Assembly (NCBI GenBank): GCA_963514005.1
Contig: OY740803.1
Coordinates: 13,702,001 to 13,766,000, forward strand
Source: Raja brachyura
Taxonomy: Eukaryota
Direction of reading: 5' to 3'
Length of the DNA: 64,000 bases
Within the stretch, counting starts at the first letter, position 1; every line of letters begins with the position of its first letter. The position numbers and the translations under genes are program-made. Below the pieces are notes generated by a model, which made no database searches, was not told the origin of the DNA, and was given only the letters and a program-made list of their open reading frames with translations. Shown here in pieces: positions 22,334 through 36,349 of this stretch.

Positions 22334-23276
22334 GACGAATTAATTCACTGAAGTGACATGTTTTGAACATGAGATATGGCAACATTTTATCTGCTGAAAA
22401 TGACACGGATGTAGAACATCTCCATAATTTCTATTACAGTTACTTTATTGTCGAAGTCCTCACTTTCCATTTTAGCTTATTTAGCATAGAAAGCAAATTG
22501 AATGTATTTAATCAATAGCCACAGTATTTTTGGGACTCCATATTTTGACACTGGAAAACATTTAAAAGATTTAGCAAAAACACTAAGCGCTGCACATAGG
22601 ATCAGGTAGCATCAGGACAGACACATTTTGGATGGGGATCCTTCTTCAGGATCAAGATTCCAGCATCTACAGTGTCCTGTGCCTCCATTTGAAATACTTG
22701 GCTGACCTACCTCCAATGAGACCTGGGTCAGCAGGAGGTGGGGTGGGGGGGAATTATAGGTTGGCTTGCAAAACATACTAGTTGGTGTAGGCTTGTAGAT
22801 CAGAATATAATATGTTAGCTATTAGTCATTAGGATTAATACAAAAGTACAAATTAGTAACAGGAGGCAGCCACTTGTTCCCCCTCTTGAATGAGATCATG
22901 GCTGCTCTGAATTTAACCATAATCCATCTACCGCTGTCTCAAAACTTTTCAGGCACCGTGTTTCCGCTGCCCTTTGAAGAAGAGTTCCAAAGAATTATGA
23001 TCCTCATTAGAGCCATTTTCAGATTTTTCTGCAAGAGAAAACATCCTCTCTACACCCCACTCCGACAAACTCCCTCAGGATCTTATTTGTTTCCATGGAG
23101 TCCCCTCTCATTTTCTTTAAATTCCTGCAGATCTAAGCTTAACCCATCCAACTTTTCCTCAAAAGACAACCCAGCCATTCAGACAATGCCATACACCTTC
23201 TTATCCACCATAAAGGGCTGGAACTCAATCACTCCTCATAACTGAGATGCTCCCACCTATGCAACATACTGGAGTT

Positions 23277-23673
23277 GTTGAGGGGGGATCTTATAGAAAC
23301 GTATAAAATTATAAAAGGACTGGACAAGCTAGATGCAGGAAAAATGTTCCCAATGTGGGGCAAGTCCAGAACCAGGGGCCACAGTCTTAGAATAAAGGGG
23401 GGGTAATTTAAGACTGAGGTGAGAAAAAACGTTTTCACCCAGAGAGTTGTGAATTTATGGAATTCCCTGCCACAGAGGGCAGTGGAGGCCAAGTCACTGG
23501 ATGGATTTAAGAGAGAGTTAGATAGAGCTCAAGGGGCTAGTGGAATCAAGGGATATGGGGGGAAGGCAGGCACGGGTTATTGATAGGGGACGATCAGCCA
23601 TGATCACAATGAATGGCGGTGCTGGCTCGAAGGGCCGAATGGCCTCCTCCTGCACCTATGTTCTATGTTTCTA
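23277..23673 (+). mobile_element. CR1 LINE 3' fragment
   Basis: LRGDLIETYKIIKGLDKLDAG..RTRGH..FTQRVVNLWNSLP; CTATGTTT tail. Confidence 0.9.
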
Positions 23674-24307
23674 TACAAGTGAATCTCCTCAGCTTCTCCA
23701 GTGTAATCTCATCTTCCAAAAGGTCCACCTACACCTATAGGCTTCTGGATTTGTACGCTGAAGTCTCTCTGCTCCACAATACTCCCTCAATCCATTCCAT
23801 TCATTGTGCATGTCCTGCCCTTATTAATGTTCCAAAAGTGTAACACCTTTCTCTTAGCAGGATGAAATTCCATCTGCATTTGCCCTTCACAGTTTATCAA
23901 TTGGTCATTAACATCCTGTGGTCTACAACAAACCTCCCCACTACTAACAAGACCACAAATGTCCGTGTCAATTGCAAACTTAATAACATTAGAATCAAAG
24001 AGTAATGCAGCATAGAAGCTGACCCTACTCCTCACTTGTCCATGCACCTCATCTAAGTTAGCTTTTGGCCCACATTAGGCTCATATCCCTTCAAACCTTT
24101 TGCATCAGCGTACCTGTGCAAATGTTCCCCAAATGGTATTGTACCATGCTCTACTACTACCTCTTGTTGGTTGTAATATTAATCACAGCGTGTAGGAAGG
24201 AACTGCAGAAGCTGGTTTAAACCGAAGATAGATACAAAAAGCTGCAGTAACTCAGCGGATCAGGCAGCATCTCTGGAGAAAAGGAATAGGTGCCGTTTTG
24301 GGTATTA

Positions 24308-25073
24308 ACATAGAAACATAGAAAATAGGTGCAGGAGTAGGCCATTCGGCCCTTCGAGCCTGCACCGCCATTCAATGTGATCATGGCTGATCATCCAACT
24401 CAGTATCCCGTACCTGCCTTCTCTCCATACCCCCTGATCCCTTTAGCCACAAGTGCCACATCTAACGCCCTCTTAAATATAGCCAATGAACTGGCCTCAA
24501 CTACCTTCTGTGGCAGAGAATTCCAGAGACTCACCACTCTCTGTGTAAAGAATGTTTTCCTCATTTCGGTCCTAAAGGAATTCCCCCTTATCCTTAGACT
24601 GTGACCCCTTGTTCTGGACTCCCCCAACATCGGGAACAATCTTCCAGCATCTAGCTTGTCCAACCCCTTAAGAATTTTGTAGGTTTCTATAAGATCCCCC
24701 CTCAATCTTCTAAATTCCATCGAGTACAAACCGAGTCTATCCAATCTTTCCTCATATGAAAGTCCTGACATCCCAGGAATCAGTCTGGTGAATCTTCTCT
24801 GTACCCCCTCTATGGCAAGGATGTCTTTCCTCAGATTTGGAGACCAAAACTGTAAGCAGTACTCCAGGTGTGGCCTCACCAAAACCCTGTATAACTGCAG
24901 TAGAACCTCCCTGCTCCTATACTCAAATCCTTTCGCTATGAATGCTAACATACCATTTGCTTTCTTCACTGCCTGCTGCACCTGCATGCCTACTTTCAAT
25001 GACTGGTGTACCATGACACCCAGGTCTCGTTGCATCTCCCCCTTACCTAATCTGCCACCATTCAGATAATAAT
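24308..25073 (-). mobile_element. Young 5'-truncated CR1 (HER1-like) LINE inserted in a palindromic Penelope derivative
   Basis: Uninterrupted 211-aa ORF2 C-terminus (LVRPHLEYC, RRLRGDLIETYKI, RTRGH, FFTQRVV..WN.LP); (TTTCTATG)n-type tail; GGTATT repeated at 24301-24306 and 25074-25079. Confidence 0.92.
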
Positions 25074-25387
25074 GGTATTCTGAAGAAGGGTCTTGACCTA
25101 AAAGGTCACCTATTCCTTTTCTCCAGTGACATTCATCACATCAGTCAACAGTCATGTGTGTTCTCATATATTCATCGTGAGAGGCAGTGGATGCCACAGT
25201 GCACCGACTAAAACTGATTCACAACCCTTTCTCTTCAAGATGCTCAATAAGAGGTTTAGTAAAGTGGGCAATCTTTGTTTCACAGCTCCCATTCCTAATG
25301 GGAGTTTCTCATTCATGATATGATGAATCTGATGAAGGTGGTAGCTCCCTCCAGCAGCTTGGATTCAGAAGTCTGAGCTGGCAGCTC

Positions 25388-25522
25388 AATCTGAAGAAGG
25401 ATCTCAACCCGAAACGTCACCTGTTCCTTCTCTCCGGAGATGCTGCCAGTCCCGCTGAGTTACTCCAGCTTTTTGTGTCTATCTTCGGTTTAAACCAACT
25501 TCTGCAGTTCCTTCCTACACAA
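25388..25522 (+). mobile_element. Penelope-derived short element with hammerhead core
   Basis: CTGAAGAAGGATCTCAACCCGAAACGTC (25391-25418) followed by the family arm ending CTGCAGTTCCTTCCTACAC. Confidence 0.75.
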
Positions 25523-26289
25523 CTTAAAATTAATGTTTGGAGGGTTGTCTTTATGGTTGTTTGCAGAGGTACCTCAAGAAACAGCACTGGGATAGAGTAT
25601 TCCTGTATCTGATGGAGAATTCAGGATCAATGGCAACGGGTCAGGGAAAATTTCATTAGCGGATTCTAAAAGTTGTGTTCAGATGAAGGAGAAAATTACC
25701 ATTTCCCGTCCCTCTCATGATGATTAAGGACAAGATTGAATCATAAATTGTAGAAATTAAAATCAGAATTTTCTTAGCACAGATGGAATCCATTAGGTGC
25801 TCATTCAGGCCAAAAAACTAGTCAATTCACACTGCCGAGGCCAGCAGATTACAGGGCTTCAAGTGCTCATGTTGCCACATTTATATATGATCTTGATGAA
25901 GGTACCTTCATCACCTTCTCAGGTAGCCACCACATTCAGAACCACTTTGAGAACCCACCATATTAGATGAAAAAAAAACCTTCTTAAGTCACCATTTATT
26001 CTTTCTGGATTTTATCTTTCATAATTTTGTGCATTAGTAAAGCATTAAACATTTTTACATCCTCTGCTCTTGGGATTCAAGCCCAATGTCATCTGGCTCT
26101 TTATCATAAAGTCATAAGTACTAGGAGTTGAATTCGGCCAGTCAGCCCATTAAGTCTATTCTGCCATTCAATCATGGCTGATCTATCTCTCGCTCCCAAC
26201 CCCATTCTCCTGCTTTCTCCCCATAACCTCTGACACCTGTACTAATCAAGAATCTATCTATCTCTGCCTTGATATTTCCCTTCATACCA

Positions 26290-27355
26290 CTATTCATTTC
26301 TTTAAAAATATCACCACTGGAAGAACTCAACCAGCACCTGTGGAGACAAGTTCCAAGTTAGGCGGAGGTCCACCTTCACCTCCTCCTCCCTTGTCTCCAG
26401 CAATGCTGTGGTCTCCTCTACACTGGAGAGACCAAGCATTGACCAAGCAATGATAGAGACATAAAAAATAGATGCAGGAGTAGGCCATTCGGCCCTTTGA
26501 GTCAGCACCGCCATTCAATATGATCATTGCTTAACATCTAGAATCAGTACCCTGTTCCGGCTTTCTCCCCATATTCCCTTGATTCCACTAGCCCCTTGAG
26601 CTCTATCTAACTCCCTCTTAGATCCATCCAGTGACTTCGCGTCCACTTCCCTCTGTGGCAGGGAATTCCATAAATTCACAACTCTCTGGGTGAAAAAGTT
26701 TTTTCTCACCTCAGTCTTAAATGACCCCCCCTTTATTCTAAGACTGTGGGCCCTGGTTCTGGACTCCCCCAACATCAGGACCATTTTTCCTGCATCTAGC
26801 CTATCCATGGAGGACGTGTGCTCTGTCCACAGCCACCATCTCGAGAAAGCGGCGACATAATCATCAGCTTCCCAACCCCCCTCCAGAAGATTACGTTTGG
26901 ACCTTCTCCGTTGCTACAGAGATGCTAAGTGCAAATTGGACAAACAATATCACATATTGTACTCGGCAGGTTACAACTCAATGGATTGAACATTGAATTT
27001 TTAAATTTCAGGTAATCCACATCCCTGGTATTTTACACTCACTAATATTTATCTGTCTACTTCATTTTCATTTCCCTCAGCTCACCTTTCCCATCCTGTT
27101 CCTTCGCCCTCTCCCCACCGGTTCTATCTGCCCACCGTCCCCTCCCTACCCGGTTCCACCTATCACCTACCATCCCCTGTCCCGTCGCTCCCTTGCACTG
27201 CTACATTCTGGCAATCATTCCTCTCGCCTCTCAGTGCTGATCCAGGGTCTCAACCCATAATGTCTATCTGCATGTTTTACCTCCACAGATGCTGCTTGCC
27301 CAGCTGAGTTCTTCCAGTGTCCTGTTTTTGTTGCAGATTACAACATCTCCAGTCT
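26290..27355 (+). mobile_element. Old Penelope fragment (GIY-YIG and 3' repeat) split by a CR1 insertion
   Basis: FQVRRR.TFTSS, CGLLYTGETK before the CR1; C-terminal KLDKQYHILYSAGYN-like segment, pyrimidine tract and terminal repeat arm after it. Confidence 0.65.
26455..26807 (-). mobile_element. CR1 LINE 3' fragment nested in Penelope
   Basis: ORF 26524-26808 DRLDAGK..FFTQRVVNLWNSLP. Confidence 0.88.
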
Positions 27356-28202
27356 CTTCTTTCTATTTTATGACCCTACCTTACATCTTCTCAAGGGGTC
27401 AGGCAGCATCTCGGGAGAGAAGAAACAGGTGCGCGTTTCGGTCAGAACCGTTATTGCATTCTTTTTAAACTGAATTGAAGCTAAACAATTAATTGGAGGA
27501 CTTATGAACTGTTCCCCTTTGTTCATTGATGGAGGTAGAAGACTACCTAACAAACTGCATTTGTAGCTTCAAGGGTTAAAATGGTGCACGTTCACTGTAA
27601 TAAACAAGGCAACCCCATCAAGCTGTCAGAAAATATGAATGATTGCCTTTCTGCATGGGAGATGGCAGATGAAAGTAAAGTGGCGCGATGCAAAGTCTGG
27701 CAGGTCATGAGGTAGTTTCCTGCTTCTTCCATTATTTGGGAAAGCAAATCGAGGGAAAGTGCAGATTCCCGTTGATTAGTGTGCAGCCAGCTCTGTCGCA
27801 TCTCATTGCTTTCTGGAAGTTAAGACAGCCTCAGCTACATTTTAATGGGGTTGCTGTTGACTTCAGATTTGTACATAAAACACCATGGCAAGTATCAGGC
27901 AGAGTTTAAGTGATCTAGCCTTGCTTCAGTTTTTTCTCAAGAATAATCCAAAATCGGAGCCATTTAGAGTGACATTAAGAAAAAATGATCCGACCAATAA
28001 CTTGTTTGGTTCCAAGTTTATAATTGAATGTCATCAGAATAAATTTGGCTTCCTCATCAAAGTAGGGAACTTGATTTTTTGTTTCATGCTGGCCAGACCA
28101 CAATATGGGTGCTGGCCTTAAATGGTGATGGAACTTTGAGCAGTAATCGACTGATGTATTTCTGTCCAAAGATGCTTTGACTGATGTTGACTGATATCAA
28201 TG

Positions 28203-28416
28203 TGTAGGAAGGAGCTGCAGATGCTGGTTTACACCGAAGAAACGCACAAAATGCTGGAGTATCTCAGTGGAACAGGCAGCATCTTTGGATAGAAGGAATG
28301 GATGACATTTCCGATCTGCAGAAGGGTCTCAACCCGAAACGTCATCCATTCCTTCTGACACCTGTACTAATCAAGAATCAATCTATCTCTGCTTTGATAT
28401 TTCCGCTGAGTTACTC
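28203..28416. mobile_element. Palindromic non-autonomous Penelope derivative with a captured 51-bp patch
   Basis: Same arms as 39722-39922; 12-bp TSD CTGATATCAATG (28191-28202, 28417-28428). Confidence 0.75.
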
Positions 28417-28559
28417 CTGATATCAATGCTACGGCAGGCAGATTGACAAAATATCTGAGTGCAGGCAGAAGGCAGAAACTTGGAGCGAAACAGGGCAGTC
28501 ACATCTGTGCTGCAGGAACTGTGCAAAAGCATTAGGAAATGTTGTGTCAAATAATAATT

Positions 28560-28866
28560 AGTTTAGATTGGTTTAGTTTAGAGATGCAGCATGGAAACCG
28601 GCCTTTGGGCCAACCAAGTCCATGCCGACCATCAATCACCCATTCATTCACACTAGTTGTATGTTATCTCACTTTCACATCCATTCCCCACACACTGGGG
28701 AAAATATTTTAGAGGTTAATTAACCCACAAACCCTCACGTCAGGAGAACCCGGAGAGAATCCACGCAGTCACAGGGAGAAGATGCAAACTGTACACAGAC
28801 AGCAGCCAACTTCAGGATGAAACCCGGGTCTCTGGTGCTGTGAGCCAGCAGCTTTACAAGTGGCGC
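28560..28866 (-). mobile_element. HE1-type V-SINE
   Basis: Head, V-domain and (CTAAA)n tail. Confidence 0.8.
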
Positions 28867-29626
28867 TGATGTCTGGATCACGCAATGTGGTCAAGGCATA
28901 GAGATTGACCTTGAGACAACCAGGAATCCACCTGCCTTAGAAGACAGGGCTTCAAATGAACAAAGTCCTCCAGTGCATGCAGCCTGAGGTACAAATCAGT
29001 CTCAGATTTAAAGACAGACATCTCTGACACATCATTATTTCACACATACGGAAATGGCTGGTGGAAGGTGCAGAGAAATGGTGGGAGGCAACTGGGGTGA
29101 AATCTCCGAGAAGTCTACAAACCAGAGTTGTCAAGATGATGTGGACTAGAAGCATTTACCAACCAGCCCAAGTGATACTATATATTCACAATTACAAACT
29201 CCATCTCAGCTACAGCATTATAAACTGAATCTTTAGTCTTGAATAATGCTGAAGTTCTATCTTGTGTCTTTCAAATCTCTGCTGCATTCAAGGTCAAAGC
29301 ACTCACTCTGATTTCCAATTGTACTTGATATATTGAGCACAACGCAACGTGTTGGAGGAATTCAGCGAGTCAGGCAGAGTCTTTAGAGGGAATGAATAGA
29401 TGGCGTTTTGGGTCTGACCCTTCTTCCGACTGAAATGTTGTCGGTCCATTTTCCTCCACAGATGCTACCTGGGCCACTAAGTTCCTCCAGCGCTTTTGGT
29501 TCTGCTCAAGGTTCTAGCATCTGCAGTTCCTTGTCTCCCCTTGATATATGATTCTCTCTGTAATTTAGCTGGCCCACTGGCCCCCAGAGAAACAGGCCCG
29601 TAATCAGGGAATTCTTACAAAAACAG

Positions 29627-29928
29627 GACGGCACGGTGGCACAGAGTTGCTGCCTTTACAGCGCTGACCGCCCCAGTGACCCGGGTTCGATCCTGACTAT
29701 GGGTGCTATCTTTATGGAGTTTGTACGTTCTCCCCGTAGCTACGTGGGTTTTTTCCCCAAGATTTTCGGTTTCCTCCCCCATTCCAAAGACGTACAGGTT
29801 TGTAGGTTAATTAGCTTGGTATAACTGTAAATTGCCCCAAGTTTGTGTAGGACAGTGTTAATGTGCGGGATTTGCTGGGCCGTCGGGGCTTGTTTCCGCG
29901 CTGTATCTCTAAACTACACTAAACTAAA
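29627..29928 (+). mobile_element. HE1-type V-SINE
   Basis: GGCACGGTGGC head, B box, V-domain and (CTAAA)n tail. Confidence 0.87.
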
Positions 29929-30799
29929 TTACAATTCATGCTGAGAATATAACATTGGAATTAAGTGGAGGAGGGTCAGCCAGAGACACAATTGGGATGA
30001 GGAGCTTCACTAATGAAGCATTTGCGATCAACAACTGCAACTATTTTGTATCATTTTAAGTTTTTTGCAAAGTTTCAATCGCAGAGAACACCATTCTTCC
30101 AATAATCTAGTCGTCTCTCTAATTTGCAGTTTAAGTGGAATTAATAAAATACGTCTCAAGTTCCTAAAATTTTAGGAAGAACATAAATCTTTGTATATAT
30201 GGAGACTTGTTTTAAGACAACAATTGGTCAACAAATGTGTCATATCCACCCTTGAATTATTACAGAAAATCATGTGAACGTCCACAGAAACTAAACTATC
30301 TGAATGGTACTACTGATGATTCAAAATGTTTGGACACTCAGACAAATCTCCATCAAGCATACCAAATTATCATTAAACCCCAGAATTAAATCGGAAATGC
30401 AATTAGGTTAATCTGATTTAGTGGATTTTAATTTAATATCCCAATAAAAGCTTTAAAAATAGTTTTTTTTCCACATACCCTAATTACAAAATTATAATAA
30501 TTTATGATCCACTGCTCTAGTTTGCTTTTCGAACTATCAGTCAACTTCTTGTGTGTTGCCAATGCTTAAAATCAACAAAGGAACCACAACCTTTACTTAA
30601 ATTTGGCTCTTAGGGCTAAAGGAATCAAGGGATCTGGGGAAAAGCAGGAAGGGGTTACTGATTTTGGATAATCAGGCATGACCATACTGAATGGCGGTGC
30701 TGGCTCGAAGGGCCGAATAGCCTACTCCTATACCTATCTTCTATGTCTCTATGTTTAACCCATGGTCAATGTGAATCAGCAATCCCAGTCACACACATG

Positions 30800-30995
30800 G
30801 AGATACAAGGAACTGCAGATGCTGGTTAACAAAAAAAAGAACCAAAGTGCTTGTGTAACACAGCGGGTCAGGCAGCATTATAGTATAGGCAACGTTTCGG
30901 GTCAGGATCCTTCTTCAGTCTGACCTGAAACGTCACTTATCCCTGTTCTCCAGCGATGCTGTCTGACCCATTGAGTTAGTTCTCTAGCACTTTGC
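30800..30995. mobile_element. Palindromic Penelope derivative
   Basis: Family arms; minus-strand hammerhead-like core at 30891-30918. Confidence 0.7.
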
Positions 30996-32351
30996 CGCTT
31001 CTCCTGTCATGTAAGTAATTAACTGGCAGCTCTGAGGTCTCCTGCCTAAAAATCATTGTTATGACAGAATGTGAAATCTGTCATTGTTTTTGCTAGAGTA
31101 CCTTATTGAGATGGTTTAGAATTGAGGAAGAATTGGATTCGAGTCATATGCTGGCGTTTGGCCCATATCCCTCCAAACCTGTCCTATCCATGTACCTTTT
31201 GGAATCTATTGATTTAATTTTGAAGAACAAACAGTGCTGACACAGGGAAATAGAATCCCCAACAAACACACCCATCCATGATTTCACTTTGGCTGAAGAC
31301 TGTGAAACTGGGCGAAACTTTAAAGAGAGGTTGAAACCAAAATTGCTGCATTTTTAGAATGTATCCCATCATAGCTGAAGAGAGCCTTGCAAATAATGTA
31401 TTCCCCAATGACACAGTAATAAATTTATTTTAGCTTGGAGATTTGGATGGTACAATCACTCCACTTACTTCTCCTTCAAAGATGAGAAGGTCTGAAGTCT
31501 AACAAAACTAAGCTATTTGTAAAAAATCCTCTCACAGAAGTGCCTTTTAAATCACTCGACGAGAGATGACATGAGGTTTAGAAGAATATTAAATAGGCCA
31601 CTTTAACAAAGGTTCATTTGAGGTTTTCAGACTATGACTGGTTTAAATTTTGTAAAATAGTGATGACTCCCCTAAATTTTGCAAATACTTCAATTTAGAC
31701 TAGGAAGCTGTGAATCAGTTGGAAACACAGTGCATTTTGACCAAATAAGGTTTAAGTATGGAAAGCTGCTGCAATGCGCTAAAAGTGATAAATAACTTTA
31801 CAATGTCATTCCTCTGACTATTAATCTCTTCACTACTGCAGACCAATGTTTGTTTACATTTGCACAACATTCCAACAGAGTGACAGGGGGCCTTTGTGTC
31901 ACAGTGTGTACTGTATGTGTTGCTGTCTGCTTACAGAGCCCTTTTCAATGAACTAGTCTCTCTGAGCAGCTCAGCTGTGCAGTGAAACATCCAAACTTAA
32001 TTCTGACCAAATTCTCTTCCTTGAGTAAAATCCATCTTAAATCTCCATGTGTGGTTGTTCTATACACAGTCAGAATTGGTAGCAATCTCGCCTCGAAGAT
32101 TCAAAACATTATTGGTTTACGTATAACCCAATGTTTTCTCTAAATGTTCATTGACTTCAGTTTTACCAGAGCTCCTTGATCCAACACTTAGTCAAATGCC
32201 TCCTTGACGTTAAGGACAGGCACTCTTGCATCAACGCAGGAATTTAGCTCATTGGTTCCATTTTGATCCAAGGCTTTAATGAGATCTAGAGCAAGGCGGA
32301 GATACAAGGAACTGCAGATGCTGGTTTACAAAAAAAAGACACAAAGAGAGT

Positions 32352-32603
32352 TTTTCACACAGAGAGTGGTGAATCTGTGGAATTCTCTGCCACAGAACGT
32401 AGTTGAGGCCAGTTCATTGGCTATATTTAAGAGGGAGTTAGATGTGGCTCTTGTGGCTAAGGGGATCAGGGGGTATGGAGAGAAGGCAGGTACAGGATAC
32501 TGAGTTGGATGATCAGCCATGATCATATTGAATGGCGGTGCAGGCTCGAAGGGCCGAATGGCCTACTCCTGCACCTATATTCTATGTTTTGATGTTTCTA
32601 TGT
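32352..32603 (+). mobile_element. CR1 LINE 3' end nested in a Penelope-derived arm
   Basis: FFTQRVVNLWNSLP...GYGEKAGTGY* plus UTR and tail; host arm resumes at ~32604. Confidence 0.88.
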
Positions 32604-33789
32604 AAGAGTTGGAGTAACTCAACGGGTCACGCAGTGTCTCTGAAAATTATGGATAGGTTACATTTTGGGTTGGAACCCTTGTGAAGGGTCGTGACCTGGA
32701 ACATCACGTATCCATGTTCTCCGCAAATGCAGCCTGCCTCGCTGAATTGCACATTGTGGGTTTTTTTCTAGAGTCTAATGAAACCAAAATTGGGCACTGG
32801 TGAACAGACAGTTGTTGAGTGAGTTCTGCTTGGCAGCCCAGTCAACTGTACTTCCCATCACTTTGCTGATAATTGACAGTAGAATGATTGGAACGTAATT
32901 AGATATGTCTTGCTTGTGTTCAGAATACATTTGGGCAGGTTTCCAAATGTTTGGAAGGATACCAGAGTTATGACCATAATGGAACAGCTTGGCTGGAGCT
33001 GTGACTAGTTAATGCTTCTGTATTTTACATGGCTTTTTCCATTCTTCCCTCTCAATCCCCCACCTCCCTCTGTCATTTTCCATACTAATAACAGGCATGT
33101 AGGCTGAAAGATTAAACCCGTCTTTGCAAATGTCTTTGTCTCCCCACCCACCTTCCCTTAGTAACCTACTTTGTAACTCAGCTTATGGTGAACTCTCTAA
33201 AGATTTCCAAATTGGCTGGAGGACATTTCTTGACTGACTTACGTTCACGCCTCCAAAGTGCCTCCAGAGGTTTTACTAAGTGTAATATGTAAATGCTAAT
33301 TTTCATTGTCGGTCTTCTTTGTCATCCCAATGCCTTTGACTCTCAGCTTCATTCTATTTCTGCTTCATCAAGGTAACTTCGACCTGATGTTGTTTAGTTA
33401 TATTGAGAGAGCTGTGCAGAGTGAGCTGCACTGATAGCTACATGGTGTACCTCACTCTACACAGATCCCACTCATGGTGGCACAGTTGCCCTCGAATGGA
33501 ACTCTTTGATCTGGTCAGAATCATGTGCATAGATGGGCGCACTATGAATTCCCGGGAAGGTTGGCGTGATTATGGCTTGATTCACCAAGATGCACATGTC
33601 TAAATCAACTTGTTGGTAGGCAGCATGTGACAGCTTTTACTGGTGCCAGCAGGTTGAAGCCATGTTATAGACTTGAAGCTGGATGCAGCAGTTCCGCTGG
33701 AGTCAACAGACCAGAATTACAAAGCTATGTCACCTTGGGAAGACCTCAGAGGTATCCAATCTCAATTCCTCTCCTTTTGCACCCAATCT

Positions 33790-34203
33790 AGCTCTTTATT
33801 CTTTGGAGCGCAGCAGGTTAAGGGGGGACTTGATTGAGGTCTTTAAAATGATGAAAGGGATAGACAGAGTTGACGTGGATAAGCTTTTCCCATTGAGGGT
33901 AGGAAAGATTCAAACAAGAGGGCATGACATGAGAATTAAGGAACAGAAGTTTAGGGGTAACATGAGGGGGAACTTCTTTACTCAGAGAGTGGTGGCTGTG
34001 TGGAATGATCTTCCTGCAGAAGTGGTGGAGGCAGGATCGATTTTAAAATTTAAAAGTAAAGTGGATAGGTATATGGACGGGAAGGGAATGGAGGGGTATG
34101 GTCTGAGTGCAGGTAGATGGGACTAGGGGAAACTAAATGGTCGGCACGGACTGGAAGGGCCGAGAAGGCCTGTTTCCGTGCTGTAATTGTTATATGGTTA
34201 TAT
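33790..34203 (+). mobile_element. CR1 LINE 3' fragment
   Basis: LYSLERSRLRGDLIEVFK...FFTQRVV..WN.LP; ATATGGTT tail. Confidence 0.88.
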
Positions 34204-34674
34204 CTGCTGGCATTGCTTTGGCAAGAATTTCTAAATTCAAAATATATGTTCCAAAGTTTCATTTATTCAGAGTAAGTGATGGTGTTGATGTTACTCCAAG
34301 ATAGGTCTACACTTGCAGTGGATCTTACACGTAGGTTTCCTGTGTCTGTTCACTCGTGGCAGCTTTTGTACCCTGGTGTAGAACCAACGTAATACAGATA
34401 GTTAATGGGAAGACATGCAAACTCTCATGGAAGCCCCTCTGGCACCTTTGGGTTGGGAAATGGCCAGGTAAGAAAGGAAGGATGTGTGCGTCTGTAAGTG
34501 AATGACCACTGTAAATTGCTACCAGTGTACAGTGGGTAGTAGAAGCGGCTGTAAGTTGGGGAATGGCAATGGGAGTCTCAGCATTGACCTCATCTCCCGT
34601 GAAGTGTCATAGCAACAGATCAAACGTGGGCGAGGAAACCTCCTGCTGATCACCACCAACCATCCATCTTCAAC

Positions 34675-34966
34675 GGGTGGCACAACGGTAGAGCTACTGC
34701 CTTACATTAGTAGCTCTACCCGAGTTCGATCCTGACTACAGGTGTTTGCCTGTATGAAGTTTGTACGACCTTCCCGTTACCTGTGTTGGTTTTCTACAAA
34801 ATGTTCAGTTTCCTCCAACACTCCAAAGACGTACAGGTTTGTAGGCTAATTGGCTTGGTAGAAATGTAACATTGTCAGTAGCGTGTGTAGGATACTGTAG
34901 TGTGCGGGGATCGCTGGTCGGTTCAGACTCAGTGGGCAGAAGGGTCTGTTTCTAAGCTAAAGTAAA
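34675..34966 (+). mobile_element. HE1-type V-SINE
   Basis: Head, V-domain and tail. Confidence 0.82.
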
Positions 34967-35289
34967 CTGGTGAATCAGTGCTTCTCCACATTGAATAACA
35001 CTTGGTAGAAGTGCTGAGAAGCATGGCCACTTGGTGACGGGCTCTCCCATAAAAAGAAACATCCTCTCCCCATTCACCTGAACGTCACACCTCCTGTTTC
35101 AATCAGGTTCCATTTAATTCTCCTCAACTCCACAAGATACAAGCCATAACACAAAAGGAATTGTGGCTTCTAGAGCCCTCTAAAGATGGTATTACGTTAT
35201 TGAGGCCAGATATCTGAGCTCCAGTAGATAGCGGTGGCTAGCAACTGCCTGATTGATAATGACAACTATAATGCTTTCCACCTCAATAA

Positions 35290-35735
35290 GCCACCCAGAA
35301 TCCATTCCCATACTGACCTTTCTGTCCTGGGCCTCCTCCACTGTCAGCGTGAGGCCACAGGCTAATTGGAGGAACTGCACCTCATATTTTGCTTGGGCAG
35401 CTTACAGCTTGGGTAATATACTGATTTCTCTAATTTCAAGTAACGCTTGAATTCTCCCCTCTCACTCCGTCCCTCTCCCATTCTAGTCGTTTTGCTAGTT
35501 TCACTGTTTTGTATCTTTTGTTATCATCTCTTCCACAGCCAACAATGGACCATTGTGGAATCCATCTTTCTTCAGTCATCGGTGCCAGCTCTGATTTGTT
35601 CTATACCTCTTCATACCTCCAGTTTCCCTCTACCCTGACTCTCATCTGAAGAAGGGTCTCGACCCAAAAACCTCACGTATTTCTTCCCTCCAGAGATGCT
35701 GCCTGACCCGCTGAGTTACACCAGCCTTTTGTGTC
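35290..35735 (+). mobile_element. Penelope 3' end with terminal repeat and degenerate hammerhead motif
   Basis: HSHTDLSVLGLLHCQREA..LEELHLIFCLGSLQ, then CTGAAGAAGGGTCTCGACCCAAAA at 35646-35669. Confidence 0.8.
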
Positions 35736-36054
35736 AACCCAGAAACCATTGCTGGGAAACTACGGTGGGTGGTGAGACTGCCATGTGTGCTCCTTTGTCA
35801 CGGGTCAGCTGCCTTGGTACATGTGCAATCCCAGAACCAGTATACGTATAACTAGAAGCTAACATCTATTGCTTTGGATGCCACTTGGCAAAGATAATTA
35901 TCTACTGTAGATAATACACATACATTTGTTGTCCTTGTTAGTCTGGGCACTTTGTTTACCTGAAATGGTTGCCACTGAAATTCGGGTCTTTTTCCTGCCA
36001 AGGCATCCTACACCCAGATGTAACCAATTTGACCCTCAATAAGCTGCAACAACT

Positions 36055-36349
36055 TTAGACTTTGGCGATACAGCGCGGAAACTGGCCCTACTGCACACCA
36101 AGTCCGTGCCACCCAGCGATCACCCCTTACATTAGCACTATCCTGGACACTAGGGACAATTTACAGAACACAATTAACCTACAAACTTGCATGTGTTCAG
36201 AGTGTGGGAGGAAACCGAACCACCGGAGAAAACCCACAAAGTCACGCGGAGAACGTCCAGACTCCGTATAGACAGCACCCGTGGTCAGGGTTGAACCCGG
36301 GTTTCTGCCGCTGTAAGGCAGCAACTCTGCATCTGCGCCAGTGCTGCCC
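36055..36349 (-). mobile_element. HE1-type V-SINE
   Basis: Head, V-domain and tail. Confidence 0.85.
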
